A stretch of DNA of 64,000 nt from Squalus acanthias (GCA_030390025.1 CM059447.1:27590001-27654000), one strand, 5' to 3'; shown: positions 12,547 through 25,059, numbered from the stretch's first letter. Made by a program: numbers and translations. The notes: generated by a model not told the origin, from the letters alone.

Positions 12547-15500
12547 ATAAAGGACAGAGAAGTGAAAGGATAACATCCCAACCTATTATACCACCCCAGT
12601 CATCCTTCTAAGATTTTGTTTGCCTTTTATACTTACAAATTACTTCAAATCTTAAATGTTCCACTATCTCTTCTGCCACATCATTCATTTCAGCACTCAG
12701 AAATTTCTTATGCATTGATGGGACATCATGGTTACTGAGGAGTTCAAGTGATGAAAAACGGCTCCAAAACTAGAGCTTTGGTACCTAAAAATGGTTAATG
12801 CAAATACCATTAGACAGAACAATAGGATTTAGGCATAAACCTTCCTCATAGGTATTCCTATAGTTACACAACTCTCTGTTCACAATGACTGTGCAATGAC
12901 TTCTCCAAAGGTGCTGTGTAATTTGGTATTTAATACATTCATGTACATTGTGCCAGACTGTGGTTTATTCACTTGCTATCTTATATCATAACTTGACAAA
13001 GCAATGTATACGGCATGTGTCCTCTTAGTGTGCTTTGACCATCAATATATCAAACAGTTTATAAAAGAATCAACCAGCTCTGGGCCGAGGAAATATAGTC
13101 TCTAGTACAGTTCTTCAAAGCATGTAAAAAGTTAAAAGGCCAAGAGACTGATGGAAAGAAATAAGCATTAAAAGGCTCCTGGGAATGCGATTAGGCTCAT
13201 GACATATATTACCAGAATTAAAAGCTAATTCACTGTCAGGATGAATTAGGAAAGCTCATGTAAACAGAAGTAGAGCTACTTTATTTTAAAAATCGACCAT
13301 GACTCCACCCCATATTAACTATCTGTATCAAGATTCTTTCTCTGTCCCAAAAGCTAGAGAGAAGAGAAAAAAAAATCTCAAAACACACAATGGTTCTTGG
13401 CACATAATAGGCAAATGAAACCTTGATGAACTGAATAATTAGGTGCTGTACTAAACTACTTAAACTGAATGGATGTGCTGATTAATTACAACAGGAAGTT
13501 TTGTAAAACCACTGGCCTACTGCTGGGACGATTGCCGTCAGATGGCCTGGGAACTGTTCTGAGCTGGACCTGAGATCCGCAACATTCTGTGCAAGTGCCC
13601 AGCCTCAATTAGCCTCTGTAATTCAAAATGAAAACAATCCTCCATTTTCTCATTAAAAGATGAAAGTTTTTTTATACCCAGTGGTAATTCCACTGCTGTG
13701 AAGAAGCCACTTTCCATTCATGGAGCCTGATTAGGGGCAAGACAATAGGATTGTTTGGAACGGAGCAGCAGGACATAGCTGCCCTGTACCAGCTAAATTG
13801 TGGGTGAAAGAGGATAATGGGAGATTGATTAGGGTTAATAGACTTATTTTTACAGGTCATGCAGCTCGGCGCTGCCTCACACTGTGGGTTGCTGCAGTCG
13901 AACGCATAGTATCACAAGCAATAAATCAAACAGTGTAGGGAGATTCTGTATTCTTTCCCAAAATTGTTGGCCAGAATTGGCTTTTGTTTCAGAGTTGCTA
14001 CCGCCTACTGCTTTCCAGATCAGTAGTTTTCTATTTTCAATATGACATTTAATTGCCACTGTCAAGCTGTACACAAAAAAGCTCTTTTTAACTTGCCAAC
14101 GAAGTTAACCGTTTCTGGTAAATAACCATTATGTACTCTCACAGTCAATTAATCTGCGTCAGTATTTAACTTGTTGATCTGACAATAACTGTAGCCCGCT
14201 TTCCAACTCTCTTCGCACTTACAGTATAGGTTTAGTTAGAAGATCTGTGCATGTTGTAAATCTTAAGAAATAGTATAATTAGAGTTTTAGGATTTGTTGA
14301 CAAATATACATGAATTAACCGATAGGAAGCACTGGGGCTGTTGGGCAGACACTGGTTTGCTGCGGCTGAATCCTAGATGGTCATTCTCAAAGGGATCCAG
14401 TGATTGTACACTTTGGTGGGAGCTGGAGGAGAGCTTTACCAACCAGCAGAAATGGAAATCTGAGGGCCCCGGGGAAGGGAGCAGAACTCCAGCTGCACTA
14501 TCTTCACTGAAGGTATCTGAGAACTTTATCGTGCCTGCTATCTTAAAAGGAGCAATGCTTCATCAGTGGACTTTGGAAGAATATCTCGAGGATAATTCAG
14601 CAGCATTAATCTTCCTTTTGCTGCAAATGGAAAATGTATGACAAAGGTCAGAAAGCTTTACCCTCATTAGCAGGACTACCCTTTTTGAGAATGACAGTGC
14701 ACAGATCAATTTTTGTGACACAACGATAAAGCATAAGGATGATCTTTCAGCCACAACATTGCTTTCAATTTACATCGGGAGCAGGACACAACTTAGAAAA
14801 TGGTGGACTCATGAATTATTCGTCAATTGGAACAACTTTGACTTACATCACATTATCCTGGATGCTGTTTGCAACAGATCACATTGTGATTTTGTGAGTA
14901 TGCACATCAAAAATATGCTTCAAAAACTTTTCATTGTGGAATATGACGAGAAAGTCTGTTCCTTGTACTTGTATCTACAAACAAACACACACGGCAACAC
15001 ATGTTTTTTCCCCAATAACATTGCAAGAGTACACTTAGTCTGTAGTGCACCCAGAAACCAGTCAGTCGATCTACATACTTGCTGGCCAATGATTCACCTC
15101 CTTGCACTCCAAAGCCTCTACTCTTGAAGAATCTAAGACCTTGGACTACATTGTGCCTTAACGTATATTGGCGAGTATTTTCTGTTTGTTTTTAAATAAA
15201 TTGCGCAAAGTTCTTCTTTCAGGATCCTGCAGATTTTATTTGGGGGTTTTTTTGTGTATATTTTTTAAACAGAGCTAAAAAAGGAATGCACCTTTTAAGA
15301 TGATTTATTTAGACTTGTAATAGACATAAATAAAATGATTACTCCACAACATCTCGACTCGGCCTAAGGGTTAGTTTATAGAAGACTCTGTATAGGAGTT
15401 GGTTGCAGATCTAAATCTGTTTCTGTTTAACCCGCAAAGTATTTTACATCAAAAATAGTTTTCAAGTCAACATCCTCTGCTGCTTTTCCATCTACCTCAG

Positions 15501-15676
15501 TCTGGTACATTTTAGCAGTACCACCCAATTTGCTTTACTGTTGAGGTAGACCCTGCATGAAGGAGAGAAGTTACAGACACCTGCTACCTTACCATGCACA
15601 GTAGCTCCGGACTGAATGTAATTTTAATTTGGCAATCTCACACTTTCAGTAGGCAGACAAACTCACAGAGAGCATG

Positions 15677-16206
15677 GGTCAAAGAATTGGGACGAGAGTG
15701 TTGGGTGCCACTATGGGCACATCTTGGGTGCTTGCCTGCCTGCCCTGTGCTACTGGAAATTCAGCCACCTAGCTGCCATACTGCGGGATGGGGGAGGGGA
15801 GGGAATAGTGTGCCGAGGCCCCCTCCACCCATGCATTTCCCTCCTCAGAAGGGGACCTGATGCATAAAATTTAAAAAATAAACTCCCCATTGTGAGGGTG
15901 GAGGTGTTTTCTTAGCCTGTCCCCCCAACAGGACTCATTTCTGACCTTCTGGTGGCCAGTACACCTTGTCTCAATGCCTCGTCCCTTATGGGTTTGTAAA
16001 GTGGGTCTCCCAGTGTTGGGAACCACCGGGCCTGGCCTGGACCTATTCCCTTCCCCCGCATAAATGGCTTGTAAAGACCTGGAAGGAGGCCCTGCCTCTT
16101 ACAAGGCCTAGCAGGAATTTCCAGTTAAGTTTGGGACCACAAGTACCTGGGTTCCGACATTGTTCCGAGCCATTACGGTGGTGAAACAATCAAGGGAATT
16201 CAGTCC
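15677..16206. mobile_element. Degenerate GC-rich MITE-like element
   Basis: GC-rich block bounded by gggtcaaagaattg and gaattcagtcc, in the style of the other MITEs. The termini are decayed. Confidence 0.35.
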
Positions 16207-17367
16207 TATTTAATTTAAAATAGAAAAGGTAGGTCAAAGGAATAATAGGAGAAAAAAGGGACTTTAGTGCAGAGATATTAGTCTGGGCCCGTTTACACCC
16301 CACTGCTAATTTGGTATGGTTTGTGCCCATTTTACACCCGAAAAAAGGGCGCAGCACATACCATGGTCTTTTTTCAGTTTGCTGTTAATATTACATCAAC
16401 CAAGCCCTTTCTGATATTTGAAGAGCTTTATTACTACAGCACTGTGTATTTTCCCCCACAGTGTCACAACGCTGAGCTGAGGGTAAATAGAACCAACCAG
16501 GAGTTCCCCGTAATCTGCTGGCAGAAATCGGGTTAAATTATTGCTACAGTCATTAAATATGAATTTGAATAATTGTTCCAACCAACTTTCCACTCATAAC
16601 AAAGTAATCCTGAAGAATTTATAGTTAGTCCTACAGGATATAATTAGGGGGTATCGACAACAGTAGAAATCCTGCATAATTTATTATTTCTTCCCATGTG
16701 GATCTATAGGACTTCCTCCAAAAGCTCTAATATTCCCTTTGTGAAACACGTCAGGCAAGTTTGAAATAGTGCTATAGGATTCCACTGAGAGAACCACAGT
16801 ACAATGGCATCCTAACAAGATCAGCTGCATTTGAAGAGGTGGTTGATTTTAAGGGGGACTTGACCTCAACAAAGCTCATTTTAAGTAGGCTCCAGTGGAC
16901 GTAGCTCTCCCTCAAACTTGTTATATTACTGAGAAAACTAACCCTGGAGTAAGCAGTAAGATGCCTTGATTTGCACCTTCAGTATCTGTTGCTTTAACAA
17001 AGAAACGTGACAGGATAAAAGAAGGGGGGGGGGGAAGAGTTTAAATTTATTTTCTTGCATTAAATGCAAAATTAAACCTTTTGAGCACCCATGGCAACAA
17101 AATGAGACAATAAAAGGTAGGAGTGGCAAAACAAAAACACTGAAGTGGGATCCATTTGGAAAGAAAAGGAAAAGGATGAGCCAGCACTTGAGTAGTCATT
17201 AGCCTCAGCCCTCCTTTACACATGCAGCAATGGAGCTTGCATCATTTAGAGATTTTAAATGTCCATTCAGCAATGAGTGTCTTTTGTTCTGTACTTGCCG
17301 TTGGCAAATTAAACTTTCCCTTTAAGAGGTGTGATTGGCAATTTGTTTGAGTGGAGGACCATTACAG

Positions 17368-17946
17368 GACTATTCCAACGCACTCCTGGCTGGCCTCCCA
17401 CATTCCACCCTACGTAAACTTGAGGTCATCCAAAACTCGGCTGCCTGTGTCCTAACTCGCACCAAGTCCCGTTCGCCCATCACCCCTGTGCTCGCTGACC
17501 TACATTGGCTCCCGGTTAAGCAACGCCTCGATTTCAAAATTCTCATCCTTGTTTTCAAATCCCTCCATGGCCTCGCCCCTCCCTATCTCTGTAATCTCCT
17601 TCAGCCCCACAACCTCCCCCCCCCCCCCAGATAGCTGCGCTCCTCAAATTCTGCCCTCTTGAGCATCCCTGATGATAATCACTCAACCATTGGTGGCCGT
17701 GCCTTCTGTTGCCTAGGCCCTAAGCTCTGGAATTCCCTGTCTAAACCTCTCCGCCTCGCTACCTCTCTTTCCTCTTTTAAGATGCTCCTTAAAACCTACC
17801 TCTTTGACCAAGTTTTTGGTCATCTGCCCTAATTTCTCCTTATGTGGCTCGGTGTTAAATTTTTTGTCTTATGACACTCCTGTGAAGCGCCTTGGGACGT
17901 TTTACTACATTAAAGGCGCTATATAAATACAAGTTGTTGTTGTTGT
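17368..17946 (+). mobile_element. L2 LINE 3' fragment, young
   Basis: Encodes DYSNALLAGLPHSTLRKLEVIQNSAACVLTRTKSRSPITPVLADLHWLPVKQRLDFKILILVFKSLHGLAPPYL. The 3' UTR ends aaaggcgctatataaatacaagttgttgttgttgt. Confidence 0.95.
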
Positions 17947-18281
17947 GGTGCTGAAAGAGTAATGGCACAAGTAGAATGGTAGAGTACCAGTGATCTGAAA
18001 TGAGCAGGGGCAACATTAGAACTATTAAAAAAAAAAAATATTTTACTAAAATTCAATTTTTGTGTGAATTCAGATTTCTTTTAGTATAACTCTCTATTTT
18101 AAGATCAGATTTCAAATCATCGATCATAAGCTGCAGTGGAAAACAGCGTTAAGTACATAATCAGGAAACAAAACTATCCTTCACAGTTGCAATGAGAAGA
18201 AGTGATGTCAGATCATTGTATTAAATATGACTCCGAAAATCTGAGGCCATCCTCAGCATTACTTCAGTGAGAATCCACTGG

Positions 18282-18960
18282 AGGGGCTGTAAACTGGGCT
18301 GGGATCCTGGCATGTGGGTTCCCGCCCTTTTGTTGAATCTTCCAGATAGCCGTCTGGAGACAGAATCTTTGCCCGACACTTGCAAGATCATCTGCATTGG
18401 ACGGTGTGGGGATTCCCCCATCCCAAGTTCCAGTGCCTTTGAACCTCAGTGGGATCCAGCATTTGGTCGTTGGGGGTACGTCTGGTCAGGATAGGTGGAT
18501 CTACTCGCTGAAGGGCAGAAGTGGGCCCAACTGGGGATCCAGGCTGGGATAATGGCCTGGACCCCTGAAGAAAAAGGTGGGGAGGGGATTTCACATTTTT
18601 AAATGTGGCCCCCTTACAAAAGGGACTGTTGGGGCCAGTCTCCTGTTGTTTTGGGGGCGGGTGGGGTGGGGCGGGGGTGGTTAGGAAATCCCCAGCCTGG
18701 CCACCTCTGCTGGATTGTCCAGCATGTTTCCTATGGTGGATGACCATATGTGCCCCTAGAGGCTCAAGCCCTCACCATTTACGAGCAATTTAGGGAACAC
18801 CCCAGGGTCAGTGATGGAGGTTCTCAGTGGACGCAACTTGCCACTTAGATCAACATGCGCCACATTACCGGTTTCTGGAGCCATCATACTCACAAGGGAA
18901 GAGAAATTCAGGGTGGGCATGAGAAAATATGGCTACCTACAGCCAAGCTTTAGTTCCAGA
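18282..18960. mobile_element. Degenerate GC-rich MITE-like element(s)
   Basis: GC-rich block in an AT-rich background, starting ggggctgtaaactgggc. The boundaries are uncertain. Confidence 0.3.
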
Positions 18961-19514
18961 GTTAACTATCCAGTCACTTTGAAGCTAATCATATTTCATA
19001 GTTGGTTCTAAATTATCTCTCTTGCACTCACCCATTCAGCTGATAATATAGTTGATGCCTCAAATAAAGAAAGGTGTTTGTCAGTAGCATAATTTGTACT
19101 GAAGAGCTTGGTTCCAAGAATATTTGCCGTGGATTAAAGCCAATGTAACAATCCTCTCTATGGTTACTTGAGTATTTCATAACTACATTTGGAGCCAAAC
19201 ATGGTTCTAGCTATTGTTTGCACACTTGATGAATCTGTTCAGATGTTCCCAGGCTCACTTCTCTTTCTGGTTAGCTTTTGGACTTAATCCAGGTGACAGT
19301 GTATACAGTTGCCTGCATAAATGGACATTTTATATACCACAGCTAAATTGGTCCATGAGCTATATCCAAGATTGAAGCTGGCAATACAATGAAACCTATC
19401 TACATTCAGATAATGCGAGTACTAACAGGCTTCACTCTGCTACACATGCTTCATAGCAATATCATTTGGTATTATGCAGCAAAAACAAATGCCTGGTTTC
19501 AAACTGTAGGATAC

Positions 19515-19693
19515 CTTTGATCTTTTTGTCCTTAACCAACACCACCAAAAACATATCAGCTGGTCATCCATTCATTGTGGGACCTTGCTGTGCTCAAATT
19601 GGCTGCCACATTTGCTTCCGTAACAACAGAGACTACACTTCAAAAGTAAATTCATTGGCTGTGAAGCACTTTGGAATTTCTTGAGGGCATAAA
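19515..19693 (+). mobile_element. SacSINE1-like SINE 3' part, tail interrupted by a MITE
   Basis: tgtgggaccttgctgtgctcaaattggctgcc...gactacacttcaaaagta..ttcattggctgtgaagcactttgg matches 40790-40890. Confidence 0.7.
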
Positions 19694-20390
19694 GGGGGAA
19701 AAATTGAGTTGGTTTGTGCCTCTCGTTAGCACCCCCAGGGTTGCAAATCCCCTAGCACCCGGGCGCGGCGCCGCTAATGCCTCCCGCGAAATTCAGCGGA
19801 AGCTTAGCGGCGGCGGTAGCCGCTAACACTCCGCACCGCTGCGCCGCTGGCGATGACATCATTGCCATGCGCAGCGCCCCGGCCTCAAAATTCTCTTGCG
19901 CCCCCTGAACTATCGCTGCACGATATGTGCGACAGGATCAAGGGGTGGTTTTGCAGCGGTGACAGCGCTACTGAAAGGGCAGGTGTCGGCGGCCATTTTT
20001 ATTTTGGCCAACTGCCAGCACCTGCCCCCTTTCGCTTTTTTATGCGGGGTGCCGGCCGCGATCGCTCAGCCCGGCACTCCTCCTGAGTGCCGGGCTGTTT
20101 TCACGGCACCCCGCTCCCCGGTGGTCCGGCAGGGTCCCGGTGCACGCAGCACTAGACCCCTCCCCTTTCATCAGGGGAGGAGGCCTGCAATGACGCGGCG
20201 CTACGTGCCGCTGCTGCACATAGTGCCGTGAAATTTATTAGTAGCGCCCCAAGCAGGAGGTAGAGCGTTTTCCAGTAGTGCCCCACCTCCTGCTTGGGGC
20301 GCTACTACTGAATTTACGGCGGGAGACGCTAACTTTTTCGGGGTGCTGGCAACGTTAGCACCCCAAAATGGCTCACCCAATTTTCCCCCC
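19694..20390. mobile_element. GC/CpG-rich non-autonomous DNA transposon (Harbinger-like MITE) with TIRs
   Basis: Termini GGGGGAAAAATTG and CAATTTTCCCCCC, flanked by AAA on both sides (possible 3-bp TSD). It is a relative of 8561-9258. Confidence 0.8.
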
Positions 20391-20402
20391 AAAATGTTTA
20401 TT

Positions 20403-21245
20403 ACTGAATTTTAATGGGAAGGTGGGTTGGGGGCGGGGGGAGCTCCAAAGCAGTTGGGAAACCCAGGAGAACGGGTTTCCCGCAGGCCCTGCCGACATTA
20501 ACGGCAGGGCCTGATTTGAATGGGAAGCCTCTGTTTCCCACCCGCAGCCAGACGGATTGAGAGGCTGGCTAGCTCCGGGCGGATAGGCCTGCGACACTAG
20601 GCCGCACAGAGGAGGGGGGGATCGCGTGGAGGCCGGGCCAGGAAGAAGATCGAGGGGGCCGGACCAAGAAGTAGATCGAGGGGGCCGGGAGCAGCAAGAA
20701 GATCGAGGGGCCCTGGAGTGGCAAGAAGATCGGGGGCCGGGGGGGAAGCCGGAGGAGGATGGGGGCGGTCTGAAGAGGATCAGGGGCCAGAGGAACAGCA
20801 CGAGGAGGGCTGGAGGAGCAGGGGCAGGGGGAAGCCTCCTGGGGGGATCGAAGGCCTGGAGGGTGATTGGAGGCCTCGTGGGGGTGTCTTTGACTGCAGG
20901 GCATAGGTTGGGCAGGGGCCCTGGATCCAGGAGGTAAGGCATATGTAAAGGCACTTTTCCTCTGGATGCAGCAGTCTTTGCCTTGCATTAGCTGGCAGGT
21001 TTCATGAGGTGGGAAAAACCCTACCAGCTAAAGGTAAAGACAAAATGGAGGTTAAAGAGGCTTCCAACCTCATTATAATATTTAAATAGATGACCCGCCT
21101 CCTGGCAGTGGGTTGGCTGCCCACCCCCCATCAAAACCAGAAGTGGGCGGGTTGGAGGCAGATTCAGGTCGGGATTCTGCTTTTTAACCCTTTAATTACC
21201 CCCACTCCCCCAACCCACCTGTTTTTTTAGGTTAAAATTCCCCCC
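20403..21245. mobile_element. GC-rich non-autonomous DNA transposon (MITE) with imperfect TIRs and internal ~28-bp tandem units
   Basis: Left end gaattttaatgggaaggtgggttgggggcgggg versus right end cccactcccccaacccacc...ttaaaattcccc. The unit agatcg(a)ggggcc occurs four times at about 20645-20745. Confidence 0.72.
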
Positions 21246-21249
21246 CATA

Positions 21250-21428
21250 TGTGAGCGTGGACAGGATGTTCTATCACAAGAGGCATTACTGTCAAGCCTT
21301 ATCCTGCCTCACACACTGCATAGCAATTACTAGTGAGAACCCCCATTTGATTGTTCCCCCCTTAACCCTGAGCTGTCAAGCCCAATTGTACTTCCTATCA
21401 CCCAGACTGAGATTAGCCAACTCACAAT
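21250..21428 (-). mobile_element. Family B SINE body; its head is displaced to about 21815-21865 by a SacSINE1-like insertion
   Basis: cccaattgtac...ctgagattagccaactca matches family B on the minus strand (compare 11870-11915 and 39980-40030). Confidence 0.6.
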
Positions 21429-21429
21429 G

Positions 21430-21865
21430 AAAGAAAGACTTGCATTTATATAGCTCCTTTCACGACCTCAGCATGTCCCAAAGTGCTTTACAGTAAATTA
21501 AGTACTTTTGAAGTGTAGTCACTATTGTAATGTAGGAAACGCAGCGGCCAATTTGCACACAGGAAGATTCCACAAACAGCAATGAGATAATGACCAGATA
21601 ATCAGCTTTGTTGATGCTGGTTGAGGGATAAATATTGACCAGGACCCCTGCCCTTCTTTGAATAGTGCCATGGGATCTTTCATGTCCACCTGAGAGAGAG
21701 CAGACGGGGCCTCGGGTTAACGACTCATCTGAAAGACGGCACCTCCGACAGTGCAGCACTCCCTCAGTACTGCACTGGAGTGTCAGCCGAGATTATGTGC
21801 TCAAGCATCTGGAGTGGGAATTGAAACATAGGACCTTCCTAGTCTGCATGGCTCAGCTACACTGA
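21430..21865 (-). mobile_element. SacSINE1-like SINE joined at its B-box to the head of a family B SINE
   Basis: Well-preserved Deu-SINE body and tail at 21430-21820, then gaattgaaacataggaccttcctagtctgcatggctcag, which is the family B head rather than the SacSINE head seen at 7360-7420. Confidence 0.85.
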
Positions 21866-22119
21866 TGTCAGTTGAAGCACTGGAGATGCTCAAACAATAA
21901 CTTTAAAACCATTGTGTGCACACAAGCTTCCTGAAGTGGTTCTGGGAATCTGGATAATTATATCGACGTCATGCCCTGACATAGGCGAAGGAAGAGAATA
22001 CTTCTACATATATACATTTATTGTACCAGAGCAAGGCAAATTTCACATCTGCTTTCAATACACAAGGTCGAAGAACTCAAGAAAGCTCATTAGCATTTTC
22101 AAAAGAGCAAAAACAGACT

Positions 22120-22639
22120 AGTTACCTCAGTAGGGATCAAAGTGTATCAAAGGACACAAGGCAATAAACTAATTTTGATCTCCTATCTACTTTGAAACCC
22201 ATTTCCGATAATAGTCCATTCTCTCAGAGTTCTAACAGTGCAATATGACTCGGGCTTTATTTGTTTATTATGCAGAAATAATATACAATTTCCTTTTTGC
22301 TTCAATTAGGCAGTATAATCTACTCCATTCTGTTGTACAGCTGTTTAAATTGCTTTAATTACATGTGTAGCTTTTTAAAAGTTCGAGTTTGACCATATTA
22401 ATTCCGATAGAAGCTATTGCTGTTAAGCATATGAAAGTAATGGTGAATTTATTTGTTAGGTCTATAGTTTTGCAATCTACACTAGCATTGCCGATTATTG
22501 CGGGTTGGAAAACTGATCATACACTCAAAAGTGACAAAAATGTTATTCTGGAAATAACTAAGCTGGTTTAATAACCTTAGTAAGGTTCAGAGCATATCAA
22601 AGGACACAAGGCAATGAACTAATCTCCGTTTCCTAGCCA
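22120..22639 (+). repeat. Diverged ~70-bp direct repeat, copies 450 bp apart (22120-22189 and 22570-22639)
   Basis: The core tatcaaaggacacaaggcaat(a/g)aactaat at 22145-22173 and 22595-22623 is identical at 28 of 29 positions. Confidence 0.8.
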
Positions 22640-25059
22640 GGTACATAACCTACATAAATTATCTTAAGATCGCAATAAAAACTGCCTGTTTACCCTGATA
22701 AATGATTTCTCATTTGATAGGTGAATGCTTCCACTCTGGCGTTACATATGACTCAATACTCCTGAAGCATTTGTTAGCATTCGAGCTTCCAGTTGAACAT
22801 TACCCGGGTAATTGGCAGTAAAGGATGGAAGGCAAGTGTGGAAACAGAAGTCAGAAGTAGATTAAACATCATTAATGGATTAAGTTAGGAAATCCAGGTG
22901 GTCAGGAACCACACAAGGTAGGTAAATGTGTAGGTAATTGGACGCGACCTGCAAAGCATTGCCTTACTAATGTTGGCTTGAGCCATTTAAAAAGAAATTC
23001 TTAATGGGAACGTACTGTTCATCTCTCCTTGCAAATTAATGCCGATCACTCTGCAATAGGATTATAATGAGGATATCGGAGGTAAACTATTTTTGTTAAA
23101 ATTCTCAATTCATTTAAACACTGGGACATACATTTTAGATGAAATGTCGATAGATAGCCTAATGTCATACCTTTGTCCCAATTTTTCCCTTCAGGCAATG
23201 CTGCTCAAATTGTTAGTGTGTATATGTTTTTTGTCCCCCATCCCACTGCAGACACAATCAGAGGGCTTGATGAAGCAACAATGTCCCAGGAATTATCCTG
23301 GCAGTTCCTACGCCTGGGAAACTATGTTGCAGCTATGCAGAGAGGGTGTGTAAGATAACATCAGCGTGAGGCTCCCAGCTGTTGGAATGTCTCCTCACAC
23401 TGCTACAAGTAACCGTGAAGTTTCCAATTTTATATTTAGAAAAAATAGTATTACTGAAAAGAACTTTACAGCTTTGTGGTCTGCCAATATAAATCCTGGG
23501 GGTGAGTGTGTTGGAGTTCTTTGTTCGAAATTTCTAGTTTTGCAAGCCTAATTTCGGTCCAATTAATAGGTAGTTAGGGGATTTTTTTTTTACTTTCAGA
23601 GTTAAGTCTCTTTTCCTGAAGTGTAACTTACTGAACTCATGTGTTAGGAAAGTGCCACGTGAACTAATAATTGGCTTTCTGAATCCTCCATTTAATTGTT
23701 TTGTTTCTTCAATGTGTCAGCAAAGAGTCGTGCAAGGCTCTAGCCACAGATCAGTGACATTAGGCCCCTGAAGTAACCTTAATAATATCCTAGCTTTATT
23801 TATAACTTCAAAGCTCAGAAAAATCCCTGGTCATTGTCAACACTGACAAATCACTCCAAACTGAAACAAAATAGGTCATTAAATGCTTTGCAATAAAAAC
23901 ATGAAGGCCAGCCTCTTGGATGGCGTAAGAAAATAAAAACAAGGTCACAGTAACGGAACTGAATTGTACAGAATGAGCTATAAAAGAACCTTGTATTTAA
24001 TTGGTGTTTTATTGTGATTTGCCAGCCTTTACTTTAACTAACAACTTGATGGGACAATATCTTTATCTGTCTGATTCCAATTCAAGGCTATGACTTCAAT
24101 TATCCATGATGAATATTTCTGGAACTGTGGGTTCTTGTTATCAAAGTATGCCACATAATTGTATTCACTTATGATTAATTCAGGGTTTCATGCTGCATAA
24201 TTAGCACATACATTCTTCAACAAAATGGCAGATCCACATGCCTAAAAAGTGAAAACGCAGTGCACAATGTTATCTATTCTTAATCTTATTTTAACTACTT
24301 TCTTTATAAGGGAGATGATATAGAATAATGTTGCAGAACTTGATGCATTTTATAAAGTGCTTGAATATTTTAACTGAATGGTAATTTATGACTACATTTG
24401 GTATTCAGTTAGTTGGAAGGACAATGATGGAAATGCAGAGACAATACTAAGGGTTATATCATTTCTATCTCCCTAGAATGATTCAATGATTCACTGCATT
24501 TCCATTTGCAGAATTCATTGTGTTTATTTTAAAGTTGACATATCTTTGCTCTGCAGTAAATCTGTTTATACAGTCTACTATTGCCACATAAATTGGCCAT
24601 CGAAAGCATGCCATGAACTCAAAAGGGGCCAAACATGGAGATACTGAAAATGCTGGTGATCGTATGAATTTGTCATTTTCATTACAGTATTTTTATAGCT
24701 TTTTTTTTTAAGGTAAACATATTTGAAACTATTCAAAAACTTCATTCTGAAAGTCAACAGACTCCTACACTGTTTCATATACACTTGATTTGTAGCCCAG
24801 AATTTTTAGTTTACACATGAGAAAGTTGGGGATGATGTTCCTGGATTTCCTCTGTGCAGGTCTTGCCTGGCCATAGCTTTCCTAACTATAGCCACATGGA
24901 GAGCAGGCAATTTGCTCTTAGATCTCCACCAATGCCACTCCGTCACAGTTCTGGGGTTACTTTTACCCTTTTTACTCGTGATACTTTTGGCTCGTGTGCT
25001 TCTTCTCCCCCCCCCCCCCCCACCCCGTATAAAGCACATTGCGATCCTTTCTGGATTCC

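Noticed and set aside
14294-15127. ORFs of 115 and 122 aa in unique sequence
   Set aside because: They start at TTG, show no recognisable domain or convincing splice sites, and have lengths expected by chance.
19853-20988. Several overlapping 100-190 aa Pro/Gly/Arg-rich ORFs
   Set aside because: They lie inside two MITEs, are low-complexity, are open on both strands and have no recognisable domain.
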